DNA from: a bacterium
Lineage (GTDB): Bacteria > Patescibacteriota > Patescibacteriia > UBA1558 > GWA2-36-10
DNA length: 50,510 nt
Assembly: GCA_018653315.1 (NCBI GenBank)
Contig: JABIAL010000035.1
Span: 1-50,510, forward strand
Direction: 5' to 3'
Shown here piece after piece: positions 1 through 9,991 of the stretch. Each line of letters begins with the position of its first letter. The stretch's first letter is position 1. The notes under the pieces are model-generated. The model was given only the letters and a program-made list of their open reading frames with translations, had not been told where the DNA came from and did not search any database. Made by a program: the position numbers and the translations under genes.

Positions 1-31
1 ATTTTCTTATACAATTCTACTTATACTTATC

Positions 32-214
32 CGGTCGGCCGCAATTTACAAGGTTTGAATGATTTAAACTTTGTTAATGTGCCAGCTGATCGTTTCTCTA
101 ATATCCACTCTTGGTACTTAAAAACTAAGAGACAATTATCTAAATAAACAAACTTTATTGATAGACTCTCTGTCTAACTAATAAAGTACACTTAACAATT
201 AAAATATTGTTAAG
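32..214 (+). promoter_or_regulatory. Structured 5' leader of rnj (several hairpins)
   Basis: Pairings seen: cggtcggc 32-39 with gctgatcg 85-92, enclosing acaaggtttgaat/atttaaactttgt; ctcttggt/actaagag 108-131; tagac/gtcta 162-176; cttaacaat/attgttaag 191-214. Confidence 0.5.
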
Positions 215-235
215 CTAATTAAATTTAAAATACAT

Positions 236-2164
236 ATGAACACAATGAAAGACACGACAGATAATCTTTTATCTGTTGAACCTAGACCTATAAAACGAAA
301 AAAAACAGGTCAAATGAACTCTGCTAATTCTAAGCGAGTAAACAAAGGTAAAAAATTTGCACCTAAAAACAAAGCAAATAAACCGAATAAAATAAATCGT
401 CCTATTAGCAAGGGTCCTAAGAATATCAAACAAGGTCCTATTGCCAATAAAAAACCAGCTCAAAGACCAGTAAACACTAAACCAGCTGTTATAGTTAAAG
501 GTAAATTAAAGATTATACCTTTAGGTGGCTGCGAAGAAGTTGGACGTAATATGACTATCTTTGAATATGAAAATGACATCGTCATTTTAGATATGGGAAT
601 GGGCTTCCCTGAAGAAGATATGCCAGGGATTGATTATGTTATCCCAAATATTTCTTATCTTAAGGGTAAGGAAAAAAATATTAGAGCCGTAATCTTTTCT
701 CATGGTCACTTAGATCATATTGGAGCAGCTCCTATTCTATTAGAGCAATTAGGCTATCCTCTGGTCATTGGTCGTCCTTTGACCATTTCTATGATTAAAC
801 ATAAAATGGACGACTACAAAAAAGGTAGCGCTAATAGATTAAAAAATATTTTAATAAAAGACTTAAATTCTTCATTTAAGCTTGGTAAAATTACTAGTAA
901 ATTTTTCCAAATGGAACACTCAATTATGGATGCCGTTGGTGTAATTTTAGAAACACCGGTCAATACCATTATTCATCCTGGTGATTGGACTCTAGAAAGA
1001 GATCAAAATAATAATCCAGTTCTAGACTATTCACATTTATCAAAACTAAAAGGACCAACTACTTTGATGCTAGAAAGTTTAGGCTCTATTGATGTACGAC
1101 CATCAGCATCTCATAGTAAAATGGAAGATAATATTACTAAGCTAATAACCAACGCGCCTGGTCGTGTCATTATTGGTACCTTCTCTTCACAAATAGAAAG
1201 AGTTGGTTGGATTGTCGAACAAGCTGAAAAACTTGGTAAAAAAGTAGCCCTAGATGGTTACAGCATGAAGATGAATGTTGAACTAGCCAAAGAACACGGC
1301 TACATTAAAGCTAAGCCACATACTTTCATAAAGGTAGATCAAATACATAATTATCCAGACAATAAATTAATAATTATTGCTACCGGATCTCAAGGTGAAG
1401 GCAATGCTGTGTTATCACGCTTGATCACTGGTACCCATCGTCATATTAAAATAAAGAAAAGTGACACTATAGTTTTGTCATCCTCTATTATTCCTGGTAA
1501 TGAAAATACCATCCAACGCTTAAAAGATGGTCTATATAGACAATGTGATAATGTTATTCATGGAGAATTAATGGACATCCATGTTTCTGGTCATGGCAAT
1601 CGAAGTGATATCGCCCACATGATTAAAACAATTAAGCCTGACTATTATATACCAGTCTATGCTTATCATTACATGTTAAAGGAATCAAAAAATATTGCTT
1701 TGAAATTAAACATGAAAGAAAAGAATATTTTTGTTCCTGATAATGGTTCAGTAATAGAAGCCGATAAAAAAGGCGTGCGCATGACCAAACAAAAAGTAAT
1801 AACCGATTATGTTTTTGTTGACGGACTAGGCATAGGCGATGTTTCTCACGTAGTATTACGTGACCGTAAAATGATGGCTGACGATGGCATGGTAGTGGTA
1901 ATCGCTACAATATCTCGTAAAAGCGGCAAACTGATGAGCTCACCTGATATTATTTCACGTGGATTTATCTATATGAAAGAAAACAAAGAGCTAGTAGAAA
2001 ACATGCGTAACAAAATCAAAAAGATTGTTAACGATGCTAATAAAACTCAAATTGCTGCTGATGATAGTTTCATCAAAAATAAATTAAGAAATGATTTAGG
2101 ACAATTTATTTTTCAAAAAACAGAACGACGTCCAATGGTTTTACCAGTTGTAATTGAGGTTTAA
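236..2164 (+). CDS. rnj: Ribonuclease J with a basic, low-complexity N-terminal extension
   Basis: IIPLGGCEEVGRNM, SHGHLDHIG metallo-beta-lactamase motif, TGSQGE, HVSGHG, C-terminal RRPMVLPVVIEV. Confidence 0.97.
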   Translation: MNTMKDTTDNLLSVEPRPIKRKKTGQMNSANSKRVNKGKKFAPKNKANKPNKINRPISKGPKNIKQGPIANKKPAQRPVNTKPAVIVKGKLKIIPLGGCEEVGRNMTIFEYENDIVILDMGMGFPEEDMPGIDYVIPNISYLKGKEKNIRAVIFSHGHLDHIGAAPILLEQLGYPLVIGRPLTISMIKHKMDDYKKGSANRLKNILIKDLNSSFKLGKITSKFFQMEHSIMDAVGVILETPVNTIIHPGDWTLERDQNNNPVLDYSHLSKLKGPTTLMLESLGSIDVRPSASHSKMEDNITKLITNAPGRVIIGTFSSQIERVGWIVEQAEKLGKKVALDGYSMKMNVELAKEHGYIKAKPHTFIKVDQIHNYPDNKLIIIATGSQGEGNAVLSRLITGTHRHIKIKKSDTIVLSSSIIPGNENTIQRLKDGLYRQCDNVIHGELMDIHVSGHGNRSDIAHMIKTIKPDYYIPVYAYHYMLKESKNIALKLNMKEKNIFVPDNGSVIEADKKGVRMTKQKVITDYVFVDGLGIGDVSHVVLRDRKMMADDGMVVVIATISRKSGKLMSSPDIISRGFIYMKENKELVENMRNKIKKIVNDANKTQIAADDSFIKNKLRNDLGQFIFQKTERRPMVLPVVIEV

Positions 2165-2181
2165 TCTATATCTATTTTAAT

Positions 2182-2213
2182 AAAAACTCAGGCTCACAAA
2201 AGTCTGGGTTTTT
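2182..2213 (+). terminator. Rho-independent terminator after rnj
   Basis: aaaaactcaggct-loop-agtctgggttttt hairpin with T tract. Confidence 0.75.
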
Positions 2214-2237
2214 ATATTTCTATAAAATGATGCTAGA

Positions 2238-2266
2238 TTGACCAAGAGGCTATCTTAGACTACAAT
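2238..2266 (+). promoter_or_regulatory. Sigma70-type promoter of trpS
   Basis: TTGACC-17nt-TACAAT. Confidence 0.65.
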
Positions 2267-2292
2267 TAAATCAATATTAATAATCAAAATAT

Positions 2293-3243
2293 ATGAAAAG
2301 ATTAGTATCTGGTATCAAACCAACTGGCAATATTCACTTAGGTAACTATTTAGGGGCAATCAAAAATTGGGTAGAACTACAAAAAGAATACGAGTGCTTC
2401 TTTTTTATTGCCGACTTACACGCTTTGACTATAGAGATAGACCCCAGAGATCTCAAACAACAAACTCATGAATTAATTATTGATTTATTAGCTTTGGGTA
2501 TTAATCCTAAAAAAACCACCTTCTTCCGTCAATCAGATATTATTGGCCACGCTGAATTAGGCTGGATCTTTAACTGTCTGATGCCAGTTGCTGAATTAAG
2601 CCGCATGACTCAATTTAAAGATGAGTCACAAAAAAATATTAATAATATTAATGCTGGGCTATTAACTTACCCTAGCTTGCAAGCAGCGGATATTTTAATC
2701 TATAAAGGTGATGTGGTTCCGGTTGGTAAAGATCAATTACAACATTTGGAATTGACCAGAATAGCCGCTAGGAAATTTAATAATCGTTACAAAAGATATT
2801 TCCCAGAAATAAAACCAATCCTCTCCCCTGCTCAACGTCTAATGTCGCTAAACAATTCTAAGAAAAAAATGAGTAAATCACTAGGGCCAGCTAGTTATAT
2901 CGCTATCCGAGATGATGAGGAAACTGTAACTCACAAAATTAAAAAAGCGGTTACTGATGAGGCGGGTGTAAAAAATCTACTAGAACTTTATTCTTACTTT
3001 GGTAAAAAAAGTAAACATCAAAAAATGGAAAAAGCACATGCTGCTGGCAAACTCATGAATAGTGAACTTAAAGAAGAATTGACCTTAGAAATATTAAAAT
3101 TTCTAAAACCCATTCAGATTAAAATCGCTAACTATGAAACGCAGCCACTGAAGATAGATAAGATAATAAAAAACGGAGCGAAAAAGGCTCAAAAAATCGC
3201 AGATAAAAATTTAGCTGAAATAAAAAAAATAATTGGTTTCTAA
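2293..3243 (+). CDS. trpS: Tryptophan--tRNA ligase
   Basis: SGIKPTGNIHLGNYLGA (HIGH-type), YPSLQAADIL, VPVGKDQLQHLEL, KMSKS. Confidence 0.97.
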   Translation: MKRLVSGIKPTGNIHLGNYLGAIKNWVELQKEYECFFFIADLHALTIEIDPRDLKQQTHELIIDLLALGINPKKTTFFRQSDIIGHAELGWIFNCLMPVAELSRMTQFKDESQKNINNINAGLLTYPSLQAADILIYKGDVVPVGKDQLQHLELTRIAARKFNNRYKRYFPEIKPILSPAQRLMSLNNSKKKMSKSLGPASYIAIRDDEETVTHKIKKAVTDEAGVKNLLELYSYFGKKSKHQKMEKAHAAGKLMNSELKEELTLEILKFLKPIQIKIANYETQPLKIDKIIKNGAKKAQKIADKNLAEIKKIIGF

Positions 3244-3274
3244 TACCAATTATTTTTTTATTTAAAATAGTAAA

Positions 3275-4336
3275 CTATTTTTTTATGATAACTTGATTAT
3301 TTAATTTCTTTTTAGTATACCACTTAGTAATATTTTCTATTGTTGTGTCAAGAATCCTCTGTAGAGCCTCTTTACTATTAAAAGCATTATGAGGGGTAAC
3401 TACTACCTGACTAGAATTAATCAACACATGTTGCTCAACGATGGTCTTAAGCCATTCCTTATCTTCTTTTGGTTTGCCAGTAAATTTTGGTGATACTAAT
3501 TCTCTTTCTTCTTTAAAAACATATTTTTCTGCTTCTAAAACATCTGTTCCTAAGCCAGCTAAACGACCATCATGTAATGCTTCCACTAAAGCTGTAGTAT
3601 CAATCAAACCACCACGTGCAGTATTAACCAAAATAGTGCCCGGTTGAATTAATTTAATATTTTTACAATTAATTAAATGATGAGTGTGTTTATTATAAGG
3701 CGCATGCAAAGTAATCACCTGAGATTTTTTTAATAAATTCTCTAAAGAGGTATATTTAAAGCCAAAACGTTTAGCCAATTTTGGATCACGATTTGGATCT
3801 GACACCAAAATATTCATCTCAAAACCACGGGCAATTCTAGCAACATGTTGTCCAATATGTCCCCCGCCAATAATACCAATAGTTTTATCTTTTAAATCAA
3901 AACCTTGTAAACCATCTAAACGGAAGTCTCCTTTCATGGTTCGCTCATGAGACAGGTGAATATTACGAGACAAAGATAAAATCAAAGCAAAAGCATGTTC
4001 GGCTACAGTATTCTCTCCGTAAAAAGGCACGTTACAAACTTTTACTTTTTTCTTATCGGCCCCTGCAACATCAATATGATCAAAGCCAGTTGAACGAGTA
4101 GCTACTAATTTAAGGGCCGGTAAACTTTCCAAAATATTCTTATCAACTTTGGAATAAATAAAAGGAGATAGTACAGAAATATTTTTTAAATTCTTTAGAT
4201 CTTTTTTTCCAATAATGTTTTCAAAAAAACGTAACTTAAATCCCTTAAGACCTTTTTTAATATACTCTTGCTCCCAAGGTTCAATTTCAAAAAAGGCTAC
4301 CTCTGGTTTTGTGTTGTTTAATTTTTTCTTTGTCAT
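3275..4336 (-). CDS. D-2-hydroxyacid dehydrogenase (D-lactate dehydrogenase-like)
   Basis: RSTGFDHID, VAEHAFAL, GGGHIG Rossmann motif, NTARGGLID, TPHNAF. Confidence 0.9.
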   Translation of the reverse strand: MTKKKLNNTKPEVAFFEIEPWEQEYIKKGLKGFKLRFFENIIGKKDLKNLKNISVLSPFIYSKVDKNILESLPALKLVATRSTGFDHIDVAGADKKKVKVCNVPFYGENTVAEHAFALILSLSRNIHLSHERTMKGDFRLDGLQGFDLKDKTIGIIGGGHIGQHVARIARGFEMNILVSDPNRDPKLAKRFGFKYTSLENLLKKSQVITLHAPYNKHTHHLINCKNIKLIQPGTILVNTARGGLIDTTALVEALHDGRLAGLGTDVLEAEKYVFKEERELVSPKFTGKPKEDKEWLKTIVEQHVLINSSQVVVTPHNAFNSKEALQRILDTTIENITKWYTKKKLNNQVIIKK

Positions 4337-4340
4337 TTTT

Positions 4341-5225
4341 TTATAATTTAATTTTTTGTGATATTATTGTTTGGCCTAAAAATTTTTTGGCTGCTTGATC
4401 AAATTTCTTACTATCGCCTGTCGTTAAAAAAACTCTCTGCTTACTTTCTGCGTTTTCCTGCCTGCCGGTAGGCATGGTACTAAACTCTCCTCGAGCCTGA
4501 GCGACCTCGCCACTCGGCCGTAAGCTCGAGGCCGAACGGGAGCCGAAGGCCGGATGACGTTTAATATAGTCAGTCAACTTTTTTGCTATACTTTGACCAT
4601 TCTCAATTATTTTAACACGTTTCTTAAAAAAATTCTCTATCTGATCATGAAAAAATGAATAATGTGTACAGCCTAAAATTAAAGTATCAAAATTTTCGCC
4701 AACTAATGGTGCCAAATAATTATGTAACACGGATTGTGATGACTCTGTCTTTTCTTGTGAATCTTCAACTAGAGAAACCAATAACGGACAAGCTTGCTGG
4801 ATGACTTGAATGTTTTTATCTTGCTCTTGTAACTCAACTTGATAAGCATTTGAATTAATCGTGCTCTGTGTTCCTAGAACTGCAATATTTTTATTCTTAC
4901 TTGTACTAGCTGCTATTTCTGATAAAGGCCTAATAATACCTAAAACATTTTTGCCAGGATATTTAAAAGGCAGATATTCTTGTTGCAATTTACGCAAAGC
5001 TTCAGCTGAAACTGTATTACAAGCTAAAATAATTAAATTACAATCATGAGTAAATAAATAATCAACAGCTTGCTGAGTATATTGATAAATAACATCCTGA
5101 CTCAAATCTCCATAAGGAGCACGAGCATTGTCTCCCAAATAAATATAATCATACTTTGGCAAAGCTCTTACTATTTCTCGAAAAACTGCCAAGCCACCAA
5201 AACCTGAATCGAATATTCCGATCAT
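4341..5225 (-). CDS. murI: Glutamate racemase carrying an in-frame insertion of about 30 aa near the C-terminus
   Basis: IGIFDSGFGGL, PYG, ACNT and LGCTHY catalytic Cys motifs. Confidence 0.96.
   Translation of the reverse strand: MIGIFDSGFGGLAVFREIVRALPKYDYIYLGDNARAPYGDLSQDVIYQYTQQAVDYLFTHDCNLIILACNTVSAEALRKLQQEYLPFKYPGKNVLGIIRPLSEIAASTSKNKNIAVLGTQSTINSNAYQVELQEQDKNIQVIQQACPLLVSLVEDSQEKTESSQSVLHNYLAPLVGENFDTLILGCTHYSFFHDQIENFFKKRVKIIENGQSIAKKLTDYIKRHPAFGSRSASSLRPSGEVAQARGEFSTMPTGRQENAESKQRVFLTTGDSKKFDQAAKKFLGQTIISQKIKL
4457..4549. repeat. Cluster of GC-rich short palindromic (REP-like) elements inside murI
   Basis: cctgcctgccggtaggcatgg 4457-4477 is a near palindrome; cctgagcga...agccgaagg encloses tcggcc/ggccga 4514-4535; sharp local rise in GC. 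Confidence 0.75.
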
Positions 5226-5230
5226 GAAAA

Positions 5231-5977
5231 CTATTTTTCTTTACTCTTGCCCATACCCTCAAAAGCTCGCAAAATTTCTAGAGGTAAAGCAAGTACTACC
5301 GTATTTGATTGATCAGATGATAAGTCATTTATTGACTGTAAAGTCCTTAGATGTAAAGCACCAGTAGCTCCTGATAGTGTGTTTGCTGCTTTAGCCATGT
5401 TTTCAGCAGCTATTACCTCACCTTGGGCCTTAATAATTACCGCTCGTTTTTCTCTCTCTGCTTCGGCTTGCTTAGCAATTGTACGTTGCATGTCTTTTGG
5501 TAACTCAATGTGTTTTAGATCAACAGAGACAACTTTGATTCCCCATGGATCAGTCGCTTTATCTACAATTTGTTGGATACGACTAGAAATTTCATCGCGT
5601 TGAGTTAATAAGCCATCTAAATATACTTCACCAACTACATCTCGCATTGTAGTCTGAGCTAATTGCGAAACAGCATAAGAAAAATTCTCTACTTCCAAAA
5701 TTGCTCTTTCTGATGACTGAATTTTGTAATACAAAACTGCATTAACATTTACAGAAACATTGTCTCTAGTAATAGCATCTTGATCTGGCACATCCACGGC
5801 CTTGACCCTAATGTCTACTTTTTGCATTTGTTGGATAATAGGAAAGATCAAACGCCAACCTGGTTCTTTTACCTTGGTATATTTACCAAATAAAAATGTT
5901 ACTCCTCGTTCATATTGATTAATCTGACGAATGGAGATAATAATAATGAATAAAATAACTCCAATTACATACCACAT
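5231..5977 (-). CDS. SPFH/band 7 (stomatin-like) membrane protein
   Basis: N-terminal TM segment, QYERGV, ITRDNVSV, AQTTMRDVVG, WGIKV, QAEAEREKRA. Confidence 0.93.
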   Translation of the reverse strand: MWYVIGVILFIIIISIRQINQYERGVTFLFGKYTKVKEPGWRLIFPIIQQMQKVDIRVKAVDVPDQDAITRDNVSVNVNAVLYYKIQSSERAILEVENFSYAVSQLAQTTMRDVVGEVYLDGLLTQRDEISSRIQQIVDKATDPWGIKVVSVDLKHIELPKDMQRTIAKQAEAEREKRAVIIKAQGEVIAAENMAKAANTLSGATGALHLRTLQSINDLSSDQSNTVVLALPLEILRAFEGMGKSKEK

Positions 5978-5988
5978 AAATTTAAAGT

Positions 5989-7359
5989 TTAATTATTAAT
6001 TAAATCTATAATTTCTTTAGTTTTTTCTTGTAGCATTGGCTGGTTAGCAGCTTCTACGGTTACTCGCAATAAGGGCTCGGTATTAGATGGTCGAACATTA
6101 AACCACCAATCTTCAAACTCAGCCGTAATGCCATCAATCTCATCTTTAATATTATCTTGGAACATGTTACGAATCTTATCTAAGGCAGCTGGTATATCTT
6201 CAACTGGCAAATTAATCTCATCGCCTTTGGCATAAAGCTGAAACTCTTTGATGATCTCTGATAACTTACGATCACCTTCAGATATAGTCTGCAAAACAAG
6301 GAGTAAGGCAATAAATCCGTTATCAGCATAAAAATTATCTCTAAAAGCAAAATGGGCAGATAACTCACCGCTCATAATTCCATCTTCTTGATTCATGTGA
6401 CGAGAAAGGTTTACATAGCCCACTTCACTACGAATTGGACGCCCGCCCCATTTAGTCACTAAATCTGGCACAGCATGAGAGCAGATAAGATTATAGACAA
6501 TACCACCCTGAGGATATTTCTTCAGCATGGTTTGAGCAAGTAATAATAAAACCATATCACCCCTAACAAACCCACCTTTTTCATCTACTAAAAACATACG
6601 ATCACCATCTACGTCATAAATAACTCCAAGATCTGCATTTTCTGCTTGTACTCTAGCTGCTAATTGATCAGCTGCACCTTCAGCTAATGGATTTGGTGGA
6701 CGATTAGAAAAATCTGAATTCAAATCTGGAAATAAATGTATAAGTTCACATGGGATTTTATCGAAAATTTTAGGAATCATTAAACCGTTCATGCCATTCC
6801 CCGTGTCTACTACAACTTTCAGTGGTCTAATTTTACTAATATCCACAAAAGATAAAACATGCTCCAAGTGATCGACAAAAGCTTCTTTTTCATTTAATTG
6901 CCCTGGTAGTTGCTCGGCTGATAAAGGAAATTCCATTTGAATTAATTCTTGGTACAATTCTTTTCCACTGACAAAATTCAAAACATCATCTTGCTCCAAA
7001 GAAAGAAAGGCCATTTTTACACCGCCATACTCTGGAGGATTATGAGAAGCAGTAGCCATGAAACCCGCATCGTATTTGTAATAACCAATAGAAAAATAAA
7101 AATCATTAATAGAAAATAAACCAAAAGTATCTACTGTCACACCATAGGATAAAAATACTTCAATAGCTGTATCAAGTAACTCTTCTGATGAAGCGCGAAT
7201 ATCCCTACCAACAGCCAAATGCAATTCCTTGATCGGCTTATTTAGCTTTTGAGAAATAGTATATAAATAAGCTTGTGCTATTTTTTTTACATCCTCTTTA
7301 TTAAATTCTTTGCCGTATATTCCACGAATATCATAAGCTTTAAAAATTCTTTCTTCCAT
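5989..7359 (-). CDS. Phosphomannomutase/phosphoglucomutase
   Basis: FKAYDIRG, TASHNP phosphoserine motif, DVDGDR metal loop, GELSAH, RPSNTEPLLR. Confidence 0.95.
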   Translation of the reverse strand: MEERIFKAYDIRGIYGKEFNKEDVKKIAQAYLYTISQKLNKPIKELHLAVGRDIRASSEELLDTAIEVFLSYGVTVDTFGLFSINDFYFSIGYYKYDAGFMATASHNPPEYGGVKMAFLSLEQDDVLNFVSGKELYQELIQMEFPLSAEQLPGQLNEKEAFVDHLEHVLSFVDISKIRPLKVVVDTGNGMNGLMIPKIFDKIPCELIHLFPDLNSDFSNRPPNPLAEGAADQLAARVQAENADLGVIYDVDGDRMFLVDEKGGFVRGDMVLLLLAQTMLKKYPQGGIVYNLICSHAVPDLVTKWGGRPIRSEVGYVNLSRHMNQEDGIMSGELSAHFAFRDNFYADNGFIALLLVLQTISEGDRKLSEIIKEFQLYAKGDEINLPVEDIPAALDKIRNMFQDNIKDEIDGITAEFEDWWFNVRPSNTEPLLRVTVEAANQPMLQEKTKEIIDLINN

Positions 7360-7379
7360 AGCGCTATAAGCTTAATAAT

Positions 7380-8519
7380 TTATTTAAGTCCTTTTCTATG
7401 TATAATGCTAGTTATTACGCCCCATGCCCATAGATATAAAATAAATACTGCAATCCAACCAACGATTGGGATTTTACAGATAAGCACATATACCAAAATA
7501 CCTAAAGCTAAGACAGAAACTTTTGACCATTTATAATTAGCTAAAAATTTATTTTTTAACCAACTACCCACTAGCCAAGCAGCTAAAACTTTTGCTACAT
7601 ACAATGCAATTACCCAAGCGCCTAAAATAATAAAAGCTAACGGTAGGCCAATAATAGTGATCATCAAAAGAATGCTAATAATTGGTGTCAAAATCAAAGT
7701 AGCTAAACCAATAAATAAAGTTCTAGCTGGGTGTTTCTTAACTCTAGAAGTAACATAGGGAAGTAATTTTGGTAGAAGATAAATCAATAACATACCAACC
7801 ACTAACATACCAAAAAATTTCAAAACCATACTCCACAATACAGGTATTCCAAAGTCTGATTTTACATGTTTAGTCATTTTATTAAAAACAACTTCACCAC
7901 CAATTTGTGCTTGCTCAGAAATATTTAATTCTTGCCAAGCATGATATCTTACCGAGCCATCAACAATAGCCTCATCTGTTAATTGTAAAGCATCTACATT
8001 GTCTCCTGATAAATATAAATCAATATCCTGTCCTACTTGCCCACTAACTGTTAGTATATCCATTCCACCTTCTAGATCACCTGTTACTTGTCCCCGTAGG
8101 CTAACTTGCTGTCCCCAAGCTGTCATATGTCCGCCAACTACGGATTCACTTCCGATCATCGCTATTTGTCCAGCAAAAAAAACATTTTTACTAACTTGTC
8201 CATCAATATTAAGTCTTTCACCGGCAAAACGTACGGATCCATTAATCTGACCTTTTATAGTCAAGCTACTGCCAGCTGCAAAAATATCACCATTAATATT
8301 TTCGGAGTCAATGATTATATTTTGACCTACTAAAAATAAATCACCGTTTATTTCACCATAAATTTCTACACTTTGGCCAGCAGCATAATAATTTTTATCT
8401 ATTTTTTGATCAGCCGCTACAAAAACTACATCACCCCTGTGTAACTCCATGGCCAACAAAGACATTGGCAATAGAAATAGACTCAAAAATATCGCTAAAA
8501 ACCCTACTTTTTTAAACAT
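7380..8519 (-). CDS. Exported beta-helix (bactofilin/polymer-forming-like repeats) protein with multi-TM C-terminus
   Basis: Signal peptide; repeated I.G.I.GD.F.AG units; about 5 hydrophobic helices at the C-terminus. Confidence 0.65.
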   Translation of the reverse strand: MFKKVGFLAIFLSLFLLPMSLLAMELHRGDVVFVAADQKIDKNYYAAGQSVEIYGEINGDLFLVGQNIIIDSENINGDIFAAGSSLTIKGQINGSVRFAGERLNIDGQVSKNVFFAGQIAMIGSESVVGGHMTAWGQQVSLRGQVTGDLEGGMDILTVSGQVGQDIDLYLSGDNVDALQLTDEAIVDGSVRYHAWQELNISEQAQIGGEVVFNKMTKHVKSDFGIPVLWSMVLKFFGMLVVGMLLIYLLPKLLPYVTSRVKKHPARTLFIGLATLILTPIISILLMITIIGLPLAFIILGAWVIALYVAKVLAAWLVGSWLKNKFLANYKWSKVSVLALGILVYVLICKIPIVGWIAVFILYLWAWGVITSIIHRKGLK

Positions 8520-8691
8520 AATGTTAATTTATTAATAATAATTGCTTATATTTTAGCATATTTTTGATTAAAACAATAGCTAGATAAAATTGCTCATTTA
8601 AACACAAAATGATAGAATAACAACAGCTTACCAATGAACTCTTGCTATCATAAAAAAATAAAATTAAAATAAATATTATCCAATTACTATT

Positions 8692-9420
8692 ATGAAAAAT
8701 TACATCAACATGAATACCATTATTTTTCTATTCTTTCTACTCTTATATTATTTTATTTATGTATACTTTGGCGAACATCCACAGATGCTGTTAACAATCT
8801 CTACCTTTTTATTCGCAATATTTACTGGGTTTTTTATCTCTAGACAAGGAGCCCGCTATAGCGCTATTAGAGATCAAATTAATATTTTTGATGGCGAGAT
8901 GTCCGCTTTGTACAGGAAATTTGGACATTTAAGCAAAGAAGCACAAAAGCATGCATCTATTATTATCAAAAAATATTATCAAAAAATTCTCAAAAATAAA
9001 GCTTGGGATTATAATTTTATAAACAAATCATCTACTTTGACTGAAATGCACGCACTATTAGAGAAAACAACAAAAAATAAAATGTTGGATTCTTTAAAAA
9101 CTGGCACTACTACAAGAATTTTGGATTCTTTAGGAAAAATGCAGGTAGCAAGGAAAAAAATGATTGCCTTACATAACGAAAGAATACCAAAATTTCAATG
9201 GATCTTAATTTATTCTTTAGCTGCCATTCTTCTGGCCAGCGTTTCTGGCATACCTTCTCAATATGCTTTATTTAGTTCAATTTTAAAAGCAATCTTCAGT
9301 AGTACAATCATATTTGTAATCATACTTTTGTCTGAATTTGATCGTTTACGCTTTTTCGAAGGCATCATGGGAGAAAAATCAGCTCAAGATGTTTTAGATA
9401 TTTTAGTAAATAAAAAATAA
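8692..9420 (+). CDS. Membrane protein (DUF4239/bestrophin-like topology)
   Basis: Two N-terminal TMs, soluble helical region, two C-terminal TMs ending in LLSEFDRLRF; family call tentative. Confidence 0.5.
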   Translation: MKNYINMNTIIFLFFLLLYYFIYVYFGEHPQMLLTISTFLFAIFTGFFISRQGARYSAIRDQINIFDGEMSALYRKFGHLSKEAQKHASIIIKKYYQKILKNKAWDYNFINKSSTLTEMHALLEKTTKNKMLDSLKTGTTTRILDSLGKMQVARKKMIALHNERIPKFQWILIYSLAAILLASVSGIPSQYALFSSILKAIFSSTIIFVIILLSEFDRLRFFEGIMGEKSAQDVLDILVNKK

Positions 9421-9422
9421 TT

Positions 9423-9977
9423 ATGGGTAGATTATCAAAAAAAGAAATTGGCAAACTAGTGGGTGGTAGTATGGAAAAACGATTTCGTGCTACTGGTGGC
9501 ACTGGCATTCAGTCACATAGTTTTGAAAAAAGATTATACAAGGCGACTAAATTTGGTGAACTCAAAAATCTCAGAGATAATACTGAGGCCATAATGAAAG
9601 TCGTAAAAAAAAGACAAAAATTAATTAGAAGAGGAAGATATGACAGACGAGCAAAACGTGAAGATTTTCAAGAGATATTAAAAAGCGGTAATGTCACAAG
9701 AGAAGATAAGAGAGAAATTAGAAAATTGCTGGCATCTCTATCAGAAGGTACGAAAGCGCCTACGATAGGACCTTTATCTAAAAACGCATCTACTCGAAAA
9801 GAATTACCAGAATTTTTGAAAAATCGATATGCACAAAAATTATCAGATTCTAAAAATATGCCCTACAAGCCTAACGCTAATACTGGTGGAATTTCTGGTA
9901 ACCGTAACTCTAACTTACCCATTTCTAGTAATCCTAAACCATCATCTAATATTAGTCGGCCAAAATTGGTTAAATAA
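9423..9977 (+). CDS. Hypothetical basic protein
   Basis: 184-aa ORF with tight spacing to both neighbours; K/R-rich with N/P/S-rich tail. Confidence 0.6.
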   Translation: MGRLSKKEIGKLVGGSMEKRFRATGGTGIQSHSFEKRLYKATKFGELKNLRDNTEAIMKVVKKRQKLIRRGRYDRRAKREDFQEILKSGNVTREDKREIRKLLASLSEGTKAPTIGPLSKNASTRKELPEFLKNRYAQKLSDSKNMPYKPNANTGGISGNRNSNLPISSNPKPSSNISRPKLVK

Positions 9978-9991
9978 TTTAACACAAAAAT

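Noticed and set aside
2165-2292. Possible T-box before trpS
   Set aside because: Only a terminator and a promoter close to the ATG; no GGTGGTACC-like motif.
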